Position numbers and translations under genes: made by a program. 64,000 nt of DNA. It comes from Nitrososphaerota archaeon. Its GTDB lineage: Archaea; Thermoproteota; Nitrososphaeria_A; Caldarchaeales; JAVZCJ01. The stretch covers positions 2,918 through 66,917 of the forward strand of contig JAWAZL010000002.1 of the NCBI GenBank assembly GCA_038817485.1. Reading direction: 5' to 3'. Shown in pieces: positions 39,861 to 49,893 of the stretch (position 1 is its first letter; every line of letters begins with the position of its first letter). The notes beneath the pieces were generated by a model, which had not been told where the DNA came from, ran no database searches, and was given only the letters and a program-made list of their open reading frames with translations.

Positions 39861-40418
39861 TTATCCCCACCACATCTTCTTTAATGGCATAGCTATTATC
39901 TCTCTTACTTCAAGTCTTTTATTTTTATCTTTACTGAAAATTTCTTTTGTAGTTGTAGATCTTGCTACTATTGCTGTATCAGCTCCTCTATCCGTACCTC
40001 CGACTCCTATAACATCTTCATATAAATTTATGACTCCTTCATCTGCAGCTATTAAAATTACTTCTATTGCAACTTTAAATCCTTGACCTAATGTATAAAA
40101 CGCATTCCTTATATCATCCATTCCTTTTCCATGAAGTGGTAAACGAGTTTCATCAATAGCAATTCCTCCAAGTTTTATTACTTCCTCTTTAAACTTAGGA
40201 TTCATTTTTTCATAAGATACTGCTACTACTTTAGCTATATCTTTAAGTGCTTTTGCAAATTTTAAACCTGTTTCACCGGATGTGCTAGCAACAATTACAG
40301 TATTAACATCTTTTTCTTTAATTCTTTCATAAACAGCTTTTATTACCTCATCAGTATTTTCAGGACCATAATTTTTAAAATATATTATTGATTTTTTTAT
40401 TTCAGTCATATCTATCAT
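39861..40418 (-). CDS. Conserved hypothetical protein with pyruvate-kinase C-terminal-domain-like fold
   Basis: 185 aa. NTVIVASTSGETGLKFAKAL...VVAV resembles the PK C-terminal alpha/beta domain. Confidence 0.35.
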   Translation of the reverse strand: MIDMTEIKKSIIYFKNYGPENTDEVIKAVYERIKEKDVNTVIVASTSGETGLKFAKALKDIAKVVAVSYEKMNPKFKEEVIKLGGIAIDETRLPLHGKGMDDIRNAFYTLGQGFKVAIEVILIAADEGVINLYEDVIGVGGTDRGADTAIVARSTTTKEIFSKDKNKRLEVREIIAMPLKKMWWG

Positions 40419-40665
40419 TAGTTCTTATCATTTTAAAATATAAAAACTTTACTAAGTTATAAAAATTTATTAAATCAAAGAAAGGGTAAATGATATTTAC
40501 TAACAAATATTTTCAAATATTAGATTTTTAGAAATTTAAGACTTTTTATTAAGAGCTTTTTAAGATTGAATTAAGTTTTTCCTTTTAAGCTGATATTTTT
40601 TTGAAAATAAAGATTATTATAGAGTTTATAAAACTATTTATTAAAAATTATATTTCGAATGAATA

Positions 40666-40790
40666 ACGCGGTGGGGGGGAATTTCTTGTGGCAGGCACAT
40701 ATGCCTACCACATTTTGAACCCCCGAGATCCAAAACGGATCACAGGCTTAGCAGGCCTGCCCCCTACCTGGCTAGGGCACCACCGCAATT
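40666..40790 (+). ncRNA. GC-rich structured small RNA of about 125 nt (identity unresolved: a 5S-rRNA-like loop-C motif is present but the fold is atypical)
   Basis: A TATA box (AAAATTATATTT) lies about 25 nt upstream. The 5' GCGGTGG pairs with the 3' CCACCGC. Internal hairpins are GTGGCAGGCA/TGCCTACCAC, GATCC-AAAAC-GGATC, CAGGC...GCCTG and CCCTA...TAGGG. It contains CATTTTGAACCC. Confidence 0.5.
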
Positions 40791-40892
40791 ATCCTTATTC
40801 AAGATATAATATTAAAAGTACATATATAAATACTTTAATACTTACAAATTCCTTTTTATAACATCTCTTTAAAAATTTTTTATAAAAAAGGG

Positions 40893-41230
40893 TGACGAGG
40901 GCTCCTCGAGGTGGGCACGTCGTTTCTTAAGTTTATCTTTCAATTCCTTTCTCCAGTGCGTTTGCCTTGAAGCGAAGATGCCTCGCCTTATGGCTGCTCT
41001 CTCCCGAGCCTGACCAGGTTCGGCGAGTTAGGATAATCCTTAACCTTCCCTACGGAAGGAGGATTACCCTACATCCCCCCTCAAGGGCGCACCTTCCTTG
41101 AAAGGAATTGAAAGTAAACTTAAGGCGTACATGCCGCCCTCAAGGTTACTGGCCCCTGCATATAGCCGGTTTCAGGTTAATAGGAGACGGCTAGCCTCCC
41201 AGCCCTTCCCCCCGTCACCCATTAAATATA
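40893..41230 (+). ncRNA. GC-rich structured RNA of about 338 nt (candidate SRP 7S RNA or RNase P RNA; type not resolved)
   Basis: A TATA box (TTTTTATAAAAAA) lies about 25 nt upstream. The 5' GGGTGACG pairs with the 3' CGTCACCC. A roughly 25-bp long-range helix pairs CTTAAGTTTATCTTTCAATTCCTTTC with GAAAGGAATTGAAAGTAAACTTAAG. There is a 13-bp hairpin TAATCCT/CCTTCC-CTAC-GGAAGG/AGGATTA. GC content far exceeds the flanks. Confidence 0.6.
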
Positions 41231-41389
41231 TTACAAAGGAAAATTTAACGATTTATTTTTATTTAAATAAAGAGAAAATTTATTTTTATATGGATTTTCA
41301 TTATTCTTTCAAAAATAATGGTGCTTATATTTATGGTTTTAAGAAATAATGGAAGCTATCATCATGTTATTTATAGCACTTCTCATTGG

Positions 41390-42040
41390 ATGTGTTTAAA
41401 AAAATTAAGGAAAAAAGCTTTGGATATAATGAGTTTGTTAAAAAAGAATGGTATAAATTCTATAGTTTATGGAAGTGTTGCAAGAGGAGATATAAAAAAA
41501 GGGAGCGATGTTGATGTTTTTATACCAAGAGTTATTCCGTCTTTCATTATAGAATCAACTCTTTCTGAATTATTCCCATCCTTTTATAAAAGAGAATTAG
41601 TTCAAGCTACTCCCTCCTATATTGTTAAAGCATATATTTTCGTAGATGAAATCACTTCTATTTCTTTTCCTTTATTAAAAATGAGAAAAGAAGAAATAGA
41701 TTTTTATAAACTTGCAGGTCAATTATCATATGAAGAATTACTTCAAGATAAAAGAGTTCCAGGTATAAGAAAAGATTTAATATTTATTAATCCTGTTGAA
41801 GATGGTCATATAGAATTTTCTATTAAAGAATTTCCAGAAATGGGTGCAAAAATTCTTGGTATGGATGTTTCTTCTTTACGTAAAAGAATTAATGTTTTAC
41901 TTAGACGTAAACTTTTTGGAAAAACAGGAGTTTTTAAATCGATAATTTTATCTGAAAATGAAAGTTTTGAATCTATTCTTAATAAACTCATTAATGAAGT
42001 TCCTGCTTTAAGATCTAGATTAAGATTTAGGAATAGATAA
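41390..42040 (+). CDS. Nucleotidyltransferase-domain protein (Pol-beta superfamily minimal NTase with a C-terminal extension)
   Basis: The GS...D.D motif is YGSVARGDIKKGSDVDVFI. The start is probably an internal Met (41390 or 41429), because the called 41318 start overlaps the ncRNA. Confidence 0.55.
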   Translation: MCLKKLRKKALDIMSLLKKNGINSIVYGSVARGDIKKGSDVDVFIPRVIPSFIIESTLSELFPSFYKRELVQATPSYIVKAYIFVDEITSISFPLLKMRKEEIDFYKLAGQLSYEELLQDKRVPGIRKDLIFINPVEDGHIEFSIKEFPEMGAKILGMDVSSLRKRINVLLRRKLFGKTGVFKSIILSENESFESILNKLINEVPALRSRLRFRNR

Positions 42041-42878
42041 TATTTTTCTTAGATAGTTAAACATAATCATTTTTTATAGGATTTTTTGAGGAATGTTTAC
42101 TTAATAAACTTAAAAATTTGAGGAGTAGCATTTACTATATTATTTTTTATCTCCTTAAATATAAAAAAATGGATTGCGGTTATCTTAACCTACAATTAGT
42201 GGTTAGATTAATAAAAAATAACCCTCTTTAAAAATATTAACAAATTTGATAATAATCCCTCATCTGAATTTAAATATGTTATTAGAACAATACTTAGTGA
42301 TAGTTATAAAAAATCCATTAATAGTAAGGGTTGCTTTCTTTTATGATTATCTGTTTTAAAGATAAAGAATTTGGAAAAATTTAGCTAAAATAATACTAAA
42401 AGATAATAAACCGTAAGAGACCATTTTATGTATTTCTGAAGGCATTATTCAATGAAAAGGATTCCATGCATAAATCTCTATAATAACTCATGCTTTATAA
42501 TTCTAATATAGAACTATTAACTCATACTTAATATTATCTTTTAAAGATACTTTGATATTGATATTACTGGGTCATACTTAGAAGTAAATGAGGGGACAGT
42601 CATACACATTTAATATTCTGCATATGGTAAAACTTATTAAATATAATAAAAGATCATTATTATCCTTATATTCGTGCAAATAGTCTATTAAATTTTTCTA
42701 TAAATAAATTAGATTTACAATAAAAAGAAAACGAGAAAGACTAATTTAAGGCTTAAGCAGTAAATTTTTCTCCTTCTTTTAATTTTAAATAAATGGATTT
42801 TTCGAAAATTTAATTTACCATGTTTTCCAGAAGAAGAATTCAAAATAGAAAAATTATTTTTTATTATAATCAATAAAA

Positions 42879-43304
42879 TTATTTAATAACATCTTTAAAA
42901 CTTAAAACTTCTATATTATACTTACTTTTTATAATCTCCATATTAGCTAATATTAATGAATCTTCTGTAATTAGATCTTCTTTTAATACAATAGCTGTTG
43001 CTAATATCACGCAATCTATGTAATCTGGGATTGTTCTTCTTAATTTACAACTAACTTCAATTATTTCAGGTTTATAAAAAGGTTCAACTCTAAAAGTAGT
43101 AAATATAGCTTTAATAGCCTCGATTATAAATTTTGCTGGTATCATAAGTTTTGCAGCTTTTGCTTGAAGCTCAAATAAAGAAATTAAACTTATGCTTATC
43201 TCACTAAGTTTAAGATTAGTTTTTCCTTTAACTATTGCTTCTAATAAATCAGTATCTATAGCAATTCTTGCAAGAGGTAGAAGATACGTAGTATCTAAAA
43301 TCAT
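42879..43304 (-). CDS. vapC: PIN-domain ribonuclease (VapC-like toxin)
   Basis: 141 aa. N-terminal MILDTTYLL with a conserved Asp, overlapping the upstream small gene by 4 nt. Confidence 0.6.
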   Translation of the reverse strand: MILDTTYLLPLARIAIDTDLLEAIVKGKTNLKLSEISISLISLFELQAKAAKLMIPAKFIIEAIKAIFTTFRVEPFYKPEIIEVSCKLRRTIPDYIDCVILATAIVLKEDLITEDSLILANMEIIKSKYNIEVLSFKDVIK

Positions 43305-43540
43305 GATTCTAACCTTGCAGATAATTCTCTACGAAATTTTTCAAATTCTTTAGCACTTATTTTTATAAATTTTTTAGAAGATATAAGATTCAGAATATTT
43401 GTTTTATTTTTCAATTCCTTTTTAAGTATTTCATTTATAATTTTAGATAATGCTTTAGTAGTATTATACTTTTTTAAGCTTTCTTCAACAAGCATTTTAT
43501 AAACCTCATCATCAAGTAATATTGTTGTACGTCTAGGCAT
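43301..43540 (-). CDS. vapB: VapB/RHH-like antitoxin
   Basis: 79 aa, N-terminal MPRRTTILLDDEVYKMLVE, translationally coupled to the PIN gene. Confidence 0.55.
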   Translation of the reverse strand: MPRRTTILLDDEVYKMLVEESLKKYNTTKALSKIINEILKKELKNKTNILNLISSKKFIKISAKEFEKFRRELSARLES

Positions 43541-43694
43541 ATAATCACCTAAACATAAAAATACTTAATTGTATATAAACTTTCTACTCATTTAAATTTA
43601 TCAAGATTATCGATGATTTTTAGATAAAGAATATGGGAAAAAGAGTAAAATATTAATATTTTCATTAATAAGAATTTAACTTAATAATACGATT

Positions 43695-44771
43695 ATGATG
43701 ATAAAGATGGGAACTTCCAAATTTGTTAACTTCTACATTTCTAATCCATTAGATTTAATAATATTATATAAACTTCTAAATGAAGGAGATAAAATTTGTG
43801 GAGAAACGACACGTGAAGTAAAAAAATATAGGAAGAATGGAAAAATTGAAAGTAGAAGAATAAGGCTTAAAATTTGTATAGAAATTGAAAAGAAAAATGT
43901 AGATCCTTTAATGAAAAATATATCTTTTTTAGGAAGAATAGTTTGGTCTAATAAAGATATTGATATAATTCATAAGTATCATTCTATAAAAGTTGGTATT
44001 AATTCTATTGTTAAAATAGAGAAAGAAAAATTTAATGAAAATTTAAACCTTCTTTCTCTCAAAAAATTTAAACCATCAATAAAAACTAATATAATCTGTA
44101 TTTTATTAGAAGAGCACTCATACTTAATTAGCGAAATTAACGAAAATGGTGTGCATATTCTAGATAAATTTGAAGAAACTTTAGTTGGTAAGGAAGATCC
44201 TTTATTACATTCGAAAAAAACCATGGAAGTTTTTCATAAAGCAGCAACTTCATTAATAAAAATTTTTAATGAGAAAAGGAAGAAATATGATATAGCTATT
44301 TTTGGTCCAAGTATATTCATTCAAGATTTTTTAAAAATTTTAAGAAAAGAAAATCCTAAATTAAGCAATTTTATTAAAAAAACAGCATATGTTTCTTCTT
44401 CTGATACTTCAGGTATTGAGGAAATTCTTAGGAATAGATTATTAATAGAGTATGGTGAAGATATTCCTTTACTAAAAGGAGTAGATATAATGGAAAAGAT
44501 ATTAGAAAAAATGGCAAAAGGAGAAAGTATTTTTTCAATAGGTTTAAATGAGGTTATTCTCTCTTTAAGACAAGGTGCAGCAGAAAAAATCTTAATAAGT
44601 GAAAACTTCCTTTGGAATAATCTTGAGAAAAATGAATTAGATGAAATACTAGATTTATCATTTAAAACAAAAGCAGAATTACTAATTATACCAAATAACA
44701 TTGAAGCTGGAGAAAAACTTGAATCTTTTGGAGGGATAATTAGTTTAAATCGTTGGCCTCTTTCTTTGTAA
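43695..44771 (+). CDS. pelA: Pelota/Dom34 (aRF1-related mRNA surveillance factor)
   Basis: 358 aa. The C-terminal eRF1-like domain 3 is GAAEKILISENFL...AELLIIPNNIEAGEKLESFGGIISLNRW. Confidence 0.7.
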   Translation: MMIKMGTSKFVNFYISNPLDLIILYKLLNEGDKICGETTREVKKYRKNGKIESRRIRLKICIEIEKKNVDPLMKNISFLGRIVWSNKDIDIIHKYHSIKVGINSIVKIEKEKFNENLNLLSLKKFKPSIKTNIICILLEEHSYLISEINENGVHILDKFEETLVGKEDPLLHSKKTMEVFHKAATSLIKIFNEKRKKYDIAIFGPSIFIQDFLKILRKENPKLSNFIKKTAYVSSSDTSGIEEILRNRLLIEYGEDIPLLKGVDIMEKILEKMAKGESIFSIGLNEVILSLRQGAAEKILISENFLWNNLEKNELDEILDLSFKTKAELLIIPNNIEAGEKLESFGGIISLNRWPLSL

Positions 44772-45124
44772 AAGTTTTACTATATTTCAAAATAAGCTCG
44801 GTACTATAAGTTTTTTATCTTATATTTAAATTTTGAAATGTATCAATTTTTGATAAATAAAAATATAGTTTAACATCCTTATGTAAAATTGAATGGTATT
44901 TTAAGTAAAAAGATTAAAAAAGAAACTAATTAGTTAATCTCTTTTTTATTTTAAATTGTATTAAAGATAATTAAATTCTTCTATCAGGGATTAAAATTAA
45001 GATTAAATTAATCGAATTAAAACTTCTAAGGTTACCTAATACTTTGTTGATTCTGAAAGTTAAAATAATATTATTATATAAAAAAATTTCTTCTAATAAT
45101 TTTATGAATTTTAAGAAAATAAAA

Positions 45125-46192
45125 TTAATAAACTAAAATTCTTTCAATTCTTTCAGCAGGTATTTTTCTTTCTTTTCCAATTATTATTGCTCTTAAATTT
45201 TTTATTTCTATCCATTTAAGATTTACATAACTTATTACAATTCCTATATTAAATGGTGAAGGATGTTTTTGTAATATTCTTTTATTTAATTGCATTAATA
45301 ATTTTTCAAATTCTACCTCCATTGGGAGCAATTCTCCTTCTTTCTTAAATCTATTGAATGCGTTAATAAGAATTTCTCTATAAGGATAAACAGCAAGAAT
45401 GTTAATCATCTCGTCCAATGTATGTAACGCATACACTCTTTCTAAATCTTCTCTTCTAAAAATGTATCCATAAGGTAAAAAATATTTTTTAGCATCTTCC
45501 AACTCTATTTTACTTAATTTGCAACGAATTGCAGTTTTTATATTTATTATATCTATTTCTGTACCAAGTATTTCATTAATAATTTTTCTATCAATCCCAC
45601 TGAAAATGCTTGCATCTTCTAAAAGCAATTGATATATATATTTATCAAGAGCAACTTCTAGAGGTAAAAGTATTTTACTTTCTCTATATTCTTCAAGTGG
45701 CTCTTCTAATATTTCTTTATATTCAGCAATTCCATACAACTCAAGTAAATCAATCAATTCTTCAACATTAATTGCTTCTTCCATTAATCTTTTACATAAT
45801 TCTTCATTAAATTGTCTAAAAGGCAAAAGATATTCTTTAATATCGGAAAATGACATATTTGTTTCTTTTGCATTAAGAATAACTTTAAGATTATGTATTT
45901 CAAATTTCTTAAGCAAATCTGTTAAAAGATTTTTTACATCTTTTGGTGAATAATTCAAAATATCTTCTATTTCTTTAATAAAGTTTTTAACAATCGCTTT
46001 TTCTAAATTAATAGCATTTATATCTTCATTTTTTAAATCAATTTCATAAGCAGTTTTCCCTAAAATTTGGGCAATTTCTTGAACATCTTTACTTCCAAGT
46101 AAAGCATATATATTATCTTTTGTAAGTAAATGTGCCCTCATACTTCTAACTTTTGCGTTAAGATAAGCATATTTTAATACACCTAACTTCAT
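45125..46192 (-). CDS. atpC: A-type ATPase subunit C (d-subunit homologue)
   Basis: 355 aa. The N-terminus is LKYAYLNAKVRSMRAHLL. Confidence 0.7.
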   Translation of the reverse strand: MKLGVLKYAYLNAKVRSMRAHLLTKDNIYALLGSKDVQEIAQILGKTAYEIDLKNEDINAINLEKAIVKNFIKEIEDILNYSPKDVKNLLTDLLKKFEIHNLKVILNAKETNMSFSDIKEYLLPFRQFNEELCKRLMEEAINVEELIDLLELYGIAEYKEILEEPLEEYRESKILLPLEVALDKYIYQLLLEDASIFSGIDRKIINEILGTEIDIINIKTAIRCKLSKIELEDAKKYFLPYGYIFRREDLERVYALHTLDEMINILAVYPYREILINAFNRFKKEGELLPMEVEFEKLLMQLNKRILQKHPSPFNIGIVISYVNLKWIEIKNLRAIIIGKERKIPAERIERILVY

Positions 46193-46227
46193 ATTAAAGC
46201 GCCCATTTTATATAAAACTATAAATAT

Positions 46228-46812
46228 TTAAATTCTCCATTTTGCTATTGGACGTTTTAAAAACTTCCTTTTTAATATTAACTTATTGGGCTTTTTAATA
46301 ATAGGCTTTTTAATACTTTTCTCGGAATGATTATAAGCCCATGCAGTTATTTCTTTTGAAGAAATAATAGTATTTGAATATTGAATAGAAGGTGGAAGTA
46401 ATTTTTGTATATTCTCCCTTATTTTCCAATTAACTTTTTTTATGAAATTTTTTATAAAATTATTTGTATTTACTAATTTTCCATACGAATCTTTAAATTT
46501 CCAATTTGTACTTCTTATCATATAATCCCATTCACTTTTCTCATGTAATTTTTCTAAAGCAATCATCATTTCAATTTTATCAATTTCTCTATATATATGC
46601 TCTTCTTCTTTTATTGATTTCACATTTTTTAATTGTGATTTTAATTTTCTTATTTTTGCTTTTAATAATAATTCTTTTGAAAGATGTGGAGAAATTTTAG
46701 ATATTTTTTTAAAACTAATAAGTTTTTCAATATCTTTATTTTTATTCATTTCTTCTTTTAATTTTTTATACCATTCATATCCTTCCATACTTTCCAATTT
46801 AAGCAACCTCAA
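46228..46812 (-). CDS. Hypothetical protein occupying the atpE position in the minus-strand I-K-?-C block
   Basis: 194 aa, K-rich, with no recognisable ATPase motif. Confidence 0.35.
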   Translation of the reverse strand: MRLLKLESMEGYEWYKKLKEEMNKNKDIEKLISFKKISKISPHLSKELLLKAKIRKLKSQLKNVKSIKEEEHIYREIDKIEMMIALEKLHEKSEWDYMIRSTNWKFKDSYGKLVNTNNFIKNFIKKVNWKIRENIQKLLPPSIQYSNTIISSKEITAWAYNHSEKSIKKPIIKKPNKLILKRKFLKRPIAKWRI

Positions 46813-46934
46813 ATCCTAATATTTTTATTTATTATGGATTTAAATATTTTTATTTATTTTTCAAAATTAAAAAAGAAAATAACAAAATTAAAATTTAATA
46901 TTTAAAATGCTATAATGAATTATAAAAAGTAGAA

Positions 46935-47387
46935 TTATATGCTTCCAATAAGCATAAATGATATTAGCAATCCATAAATGCCTATTGCTTCTGATAATAC
47001 TACTGAAATAACATTCATTGAGAAAGTTTCAGGTTTTTCAGCTATTGCTCCTGTCATTGCGCTACCACAATAAGCTATTCCAAGTCCTGCACCAAGAGTT
47101 GATATGAAAATAGTTAATCCTGCTGCTAATGCTTTAAAAGATGCTTCTTCTGTTGTAATTTTTGGTAAAGCTCCAACAAGCATGAATCCAGCTAATAATC
47201 CATAAATAGCTAATGCTTCCCCTAAAACAACAGCAATCATAGCTCTTGTAAGTATTTCTGGCCTTTCAGTTCCAGCTCCAGCCATCGCAGTTCCAACAGT
47301 TATAATTGCAAATATTGCTGCAATCGAGGATCCTCCTGTAGCTAAAACTATACCTAATAAACCAAAGAAACTTGGATCCATTTTCAT
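46935..47387 (-). CDS. atpK: A-type ATPase proteolipid subunit K (c), tandem-duplicated 4-TM form with two conserved carboxylates
   Basis: 150 aa made of two hairpins: GAGTERPEIL...VLGEALAIYGLL and GAIAEKPETF...VLSEAIGIYGLL. Confidence 0.85.
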   Translation of the reverse strand: MKMDPSFFGLLGIVLATGGSSIAAIFAIITVGTAMAGAGTERPEILTRAMIAVVLGEALAIYGLLAGFMLVGALPKITTEEASFKALAAGLTIFISTLGAGLGIAYCGSAMTGAIAEKPETFSMNVISVVLSEAIGIYGLLISFMLIGSI

Positions 47388-47481
47388 CCTACCCCTAATT
47401 TTTCTTAATTTAATCCTTTTTTCTTTTTATTTATACTTTTCACTTTTATTTTAATTATAAAAACTAGATTTATGAAAATAT

Positions 47482-49149
47482 TTATATGCTTACTATACGT
47501 ACGTTTTTCATTTCAAAAGGCGTATATTTCATTCCTCCCCCAGTATAGAATTTTGAAAACCATTCTACCCAATGCAATCTTAAAGTATGTACGAAAATTA
47601 TAGTACCCTCTAAAATAAGAGCTAAAAGAGTTCCGATTAAAATTCCTAGTATTTGCATTGGCCCTTCTCCCATCATTTGAATAAACATTTTTCCCATACT
47701 TGCATGAATTAAATTTAAAGCAAGTAATCGTCCAAATGATACTGTATGACTTAAAGATTCTATAAGAGCCATGAATGCATGTGAAGCACCTTCAATTTTT
47801 CTAGTAAATCCTTCATATATAACCATAAGAACAAAAGGAATGAGTAAAAATTGTGGATTAACAATCCAAAAATCTATTCTCAAAATTTGTGTTGAACCAT
47901 AATTGAAGAATGCATATGCTGCACCATTATAAAACCACATCCACAAAATTACTGATACTACTTCTTTATATTCTTTATTAACTATTTTATTTGCTAAATT
48001 TAATATTAATCCAAGTGTTATTTGACATACTCCTACAAAAATTGCAAAATGGAACATAGCCATAATATCTTCAGATGGTACAAACCCTCCAATCAAAGTT
48101 TCTTTTCCTATCTTTCCTATTTCGATTGGATGAAGATGAAATCCTAAAAATTCATGCATACCAAATATCTCTCCAAATATAAATCCCCAAAATACTCCAA
48201 ATGCGCCACATAATGCAAGCAACTCTCCTGCTGAAATAACCATGCCTAATATTCCATCCATTCTTACTCCTTTTCTCATCATTTGCCTTCTTGCAATTGC
48301 AAGCAATATTCCTCCGATGGCCATTATTGATGCATGTCCTATATCTGCAAACATTATGCCATAAACGAATGGGAAGGTTATAAACATTAACATAACTGGA
48401 TTTATTTCATGTGATAAAGGCACTCCATAAGCATATAATAATTTCACAAATGGTTCTAAAAAGCTTGGAGTTTTGAAAAATACTGGTGCTTCGTGTTCTT
48501 CCTCAATTTCTTCAATAGTTACAAAACCATTCGCAGCTTTTTCTACTGCTTCAATTACTTCTTTACTTCTTTCTTTAGGTACCCACCCCTCTATTATAAA
48601 AGTTTTACGAGTTTTACCGAAAAATTGCTTTATTTCTTCAAATTTTTTGCCTATTTCTACTTTTCTTTTCATTTCTATTAAATGTTCTTTATTTTTCTCA
48701 ATAAATTCTATGTACTCCATTTCTTTTGCTTTTTCAGCTAATTCTATTAATGCTTTTTCCTTTTCAGGAAGGTCTGGTTGTGCTTTCTTTTGTGATAATG
48801 ATTGAATCTCATCTTTTATTCCTTTATATTTTTCTTCTATCCTTGTTACATTTTTATCAATTTCTTCAACTAAACTTGATAAATCATCTATTGAAATAGT
48901 TTCACTAGGAATTTCTTTAAGAGAAATTCCAAAATCTTCTATTAATTTATCAATTCTAGAAAGGAGATTTGTATATTTAAATAAAAGTTCACTCGGTCTT
49001 ACATTTTCTATTCCTTCTATCTCTTCCTTTTTTTCTCTAAAGTCTGAAAAATGCATTATTCCTAATTTTCCAAGAGTATATATTACATTATCGATGTATT
49101 TTTCATAAACAATTGCTCTTAATTTTTTCATTGGAGCAGCTCTAAGCAA
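47482..49149 (-). CDS. atpI: A-type ATPase subunit I (a-subunit homologue)
   Basis: 555 aa. An N-terminal soluble coiled-coil domain is followed by a C-terminal polytopic domain with the conserved Arg region (LHTLRLHWVEWFSKF). Confidence 0.85.
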   Translation of the reverse strand: MLRAAPMKKLRAIVYEKYIDNVIYTLGKLGIMHFSDFREKKEEIEGIENVRPSELLFKYTNLLSRIDKLIEDFGISLKEIPSETISIDDLSSLVEEIDKNVTRIEEKYKGIKDEIQSLSQKKAQPDLPEKEKALIELAEKAKEMEYIEFIEKNKEHLIEMKRKVEIGKKFEEIKQFFGKTRKTFIIEGWVPKERSKEVIEAVEKAANGFVTIEEIEEEHEAPVFFKTPSFLEPFVKLLYAYGVPLSHEINPVMLMFITFPFVYGIMFADIGHASIMAIGGILLAIARRQMMRKGVRMDGILGMVISAGELLALCGAFGVFWGFIFGEIFGMHEFLGFHLHPIEIGKIGKETLIGGFVPSEDIMAMFHFAIFVGVCQITLGLILNLANKIVNKEYKEVVSVILWMWFYNGAAYAFFNYGSTQILRIDFWIVNPQFLLIPFVLMVIYEGFTRKIEGASHAFMALIESLSHTVSFGRLLALNLIHASMGKMFIQMMGEGPMQILGILIGTLLALILEGTIIFVHTLRLHWVEWFSKFYTGGGMKYTPFEMKNVRIVSI

Positions 49150-49260
49150 AGTTTTTCCCCCAATTTATTCTAATTTTCCTAAAATTAAAATATTTATAAT
49201 CTTTTATTTTAATTAACAAAAAATTTAAATTTCTTAAAATAATCTAAAAATGATGCTAAA

Positions 49261-49458
49261 ATGCCTATCTTAATAAATCCTAAATACTTACTTATAGGTT
49301 TGGATATAGTTATTTTTGCTATAATTGGTTATGTTTTAGGTCAATATTTTAATAAGGAATTAATTGGATTAATGATTGGTACAATTTTAGGTACGATTAT
49401 TATGTGGTTTCACCTGTTTTATATTATTTATAGAACATCTAAAAAGCCTAAACCTTAA
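49261..49458 (+). CDS. Small membrane protein leading the H-E-F-D block
   Basis: 65 aa with two TM helices. Confidence 0.35.
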   Translation: MPILINPKYLLIGLDIVIFAIIGYVLGQYFNKELIGLMIGTILGTIIMWFHLFYIIYRTSKKPKP

Positions 49459-49521
49459 TATTTTTAGAGAAAAATTAATTATTTAATAATACTATTTTTT
49501 ATTTTAAAAAAGTGGCTTAAT

Positions 49522-49890
49522 ATGTCTCAAGGAATAAAACCATTAAAAAAAGGTGAAAAAATAACTAAACCTTTAGAATTAATAATAGAGATCGAAAAAG
49601 AAGCGATGAGAATTATAGAAGATGCAAAAGCTAAAGCTAAAAAAATTATAGAAGATGCAAAAATAAAAGCTCAAGATGAATATAATATATCATTCCAAGA
49701 GGCTATTTCAAAAATTAATGAAAAAGCTTCATTATTAATAGAAGAAGAAAAAAGAAAAGCTGATGCTGAAGCTAAAAAAATCATTAAAGATACAGAAAAT
49801 AAAATAAAAGAATTAAGAGAAAAAGCTAATAAAAAAATTGATGAAGCTATAAAGAAAATGTTAAGTATAATTCTACCTATGGAGGAATAA
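49522..49890 (+). CDS. atpH: A-type ATPase subunit H
   Basis: 122 aa of K/E/A-rich coiled coil, immediately upstream of atpE. Confidence 0.6.
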   Translation: MSQGIKPLKKGEKITKPLELIIEIEKEAMRIIEDAKAKAKKIIEDAKIKAQDEYNISFQEAISKINEKASLLIEEEKRKADAEAKKIIKDTENKIKELREKANKKIDEAIKKMLSIILPMEE

Positions 49891-49893
49891 AAA

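Noticed and set aside
40666-40790. Calling the 125-nt RNA 5S rRNA
   Set aside because: Length, the terminal helix and a CAUUUUGAACCC loop-C-like motif fit. The helix II/III arrangement does not: a perfect local hairpin replaces the expected long-range helix III. It is reported only as an unassigned structured RNA.
40893-41230. Assigning the long ncRNA specifically as RNase P RNA
   Set aside because: I could not find the universal P4 strands (AGGAAAGUCCGGGC and ACAGAANNCGGCUUA). SRP-like motifs are only partial. It stays an untyped structured RNA.
41098-41349. 83-aa ORF called across the GC-rich region
   Set aside because: It sits inside the structured ncRNA (40893-41230), which has its own promoter and a terminal helix. 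The Pro/Arg-rich translation is the expected artefact of GC-rich RNA.
42050-42878. 830-bp AT-rich spacer upstream of vapBC
   Set aside because: No ORF over 40 codons with sensible composition. No structured GC island or repeats were detected by eye.
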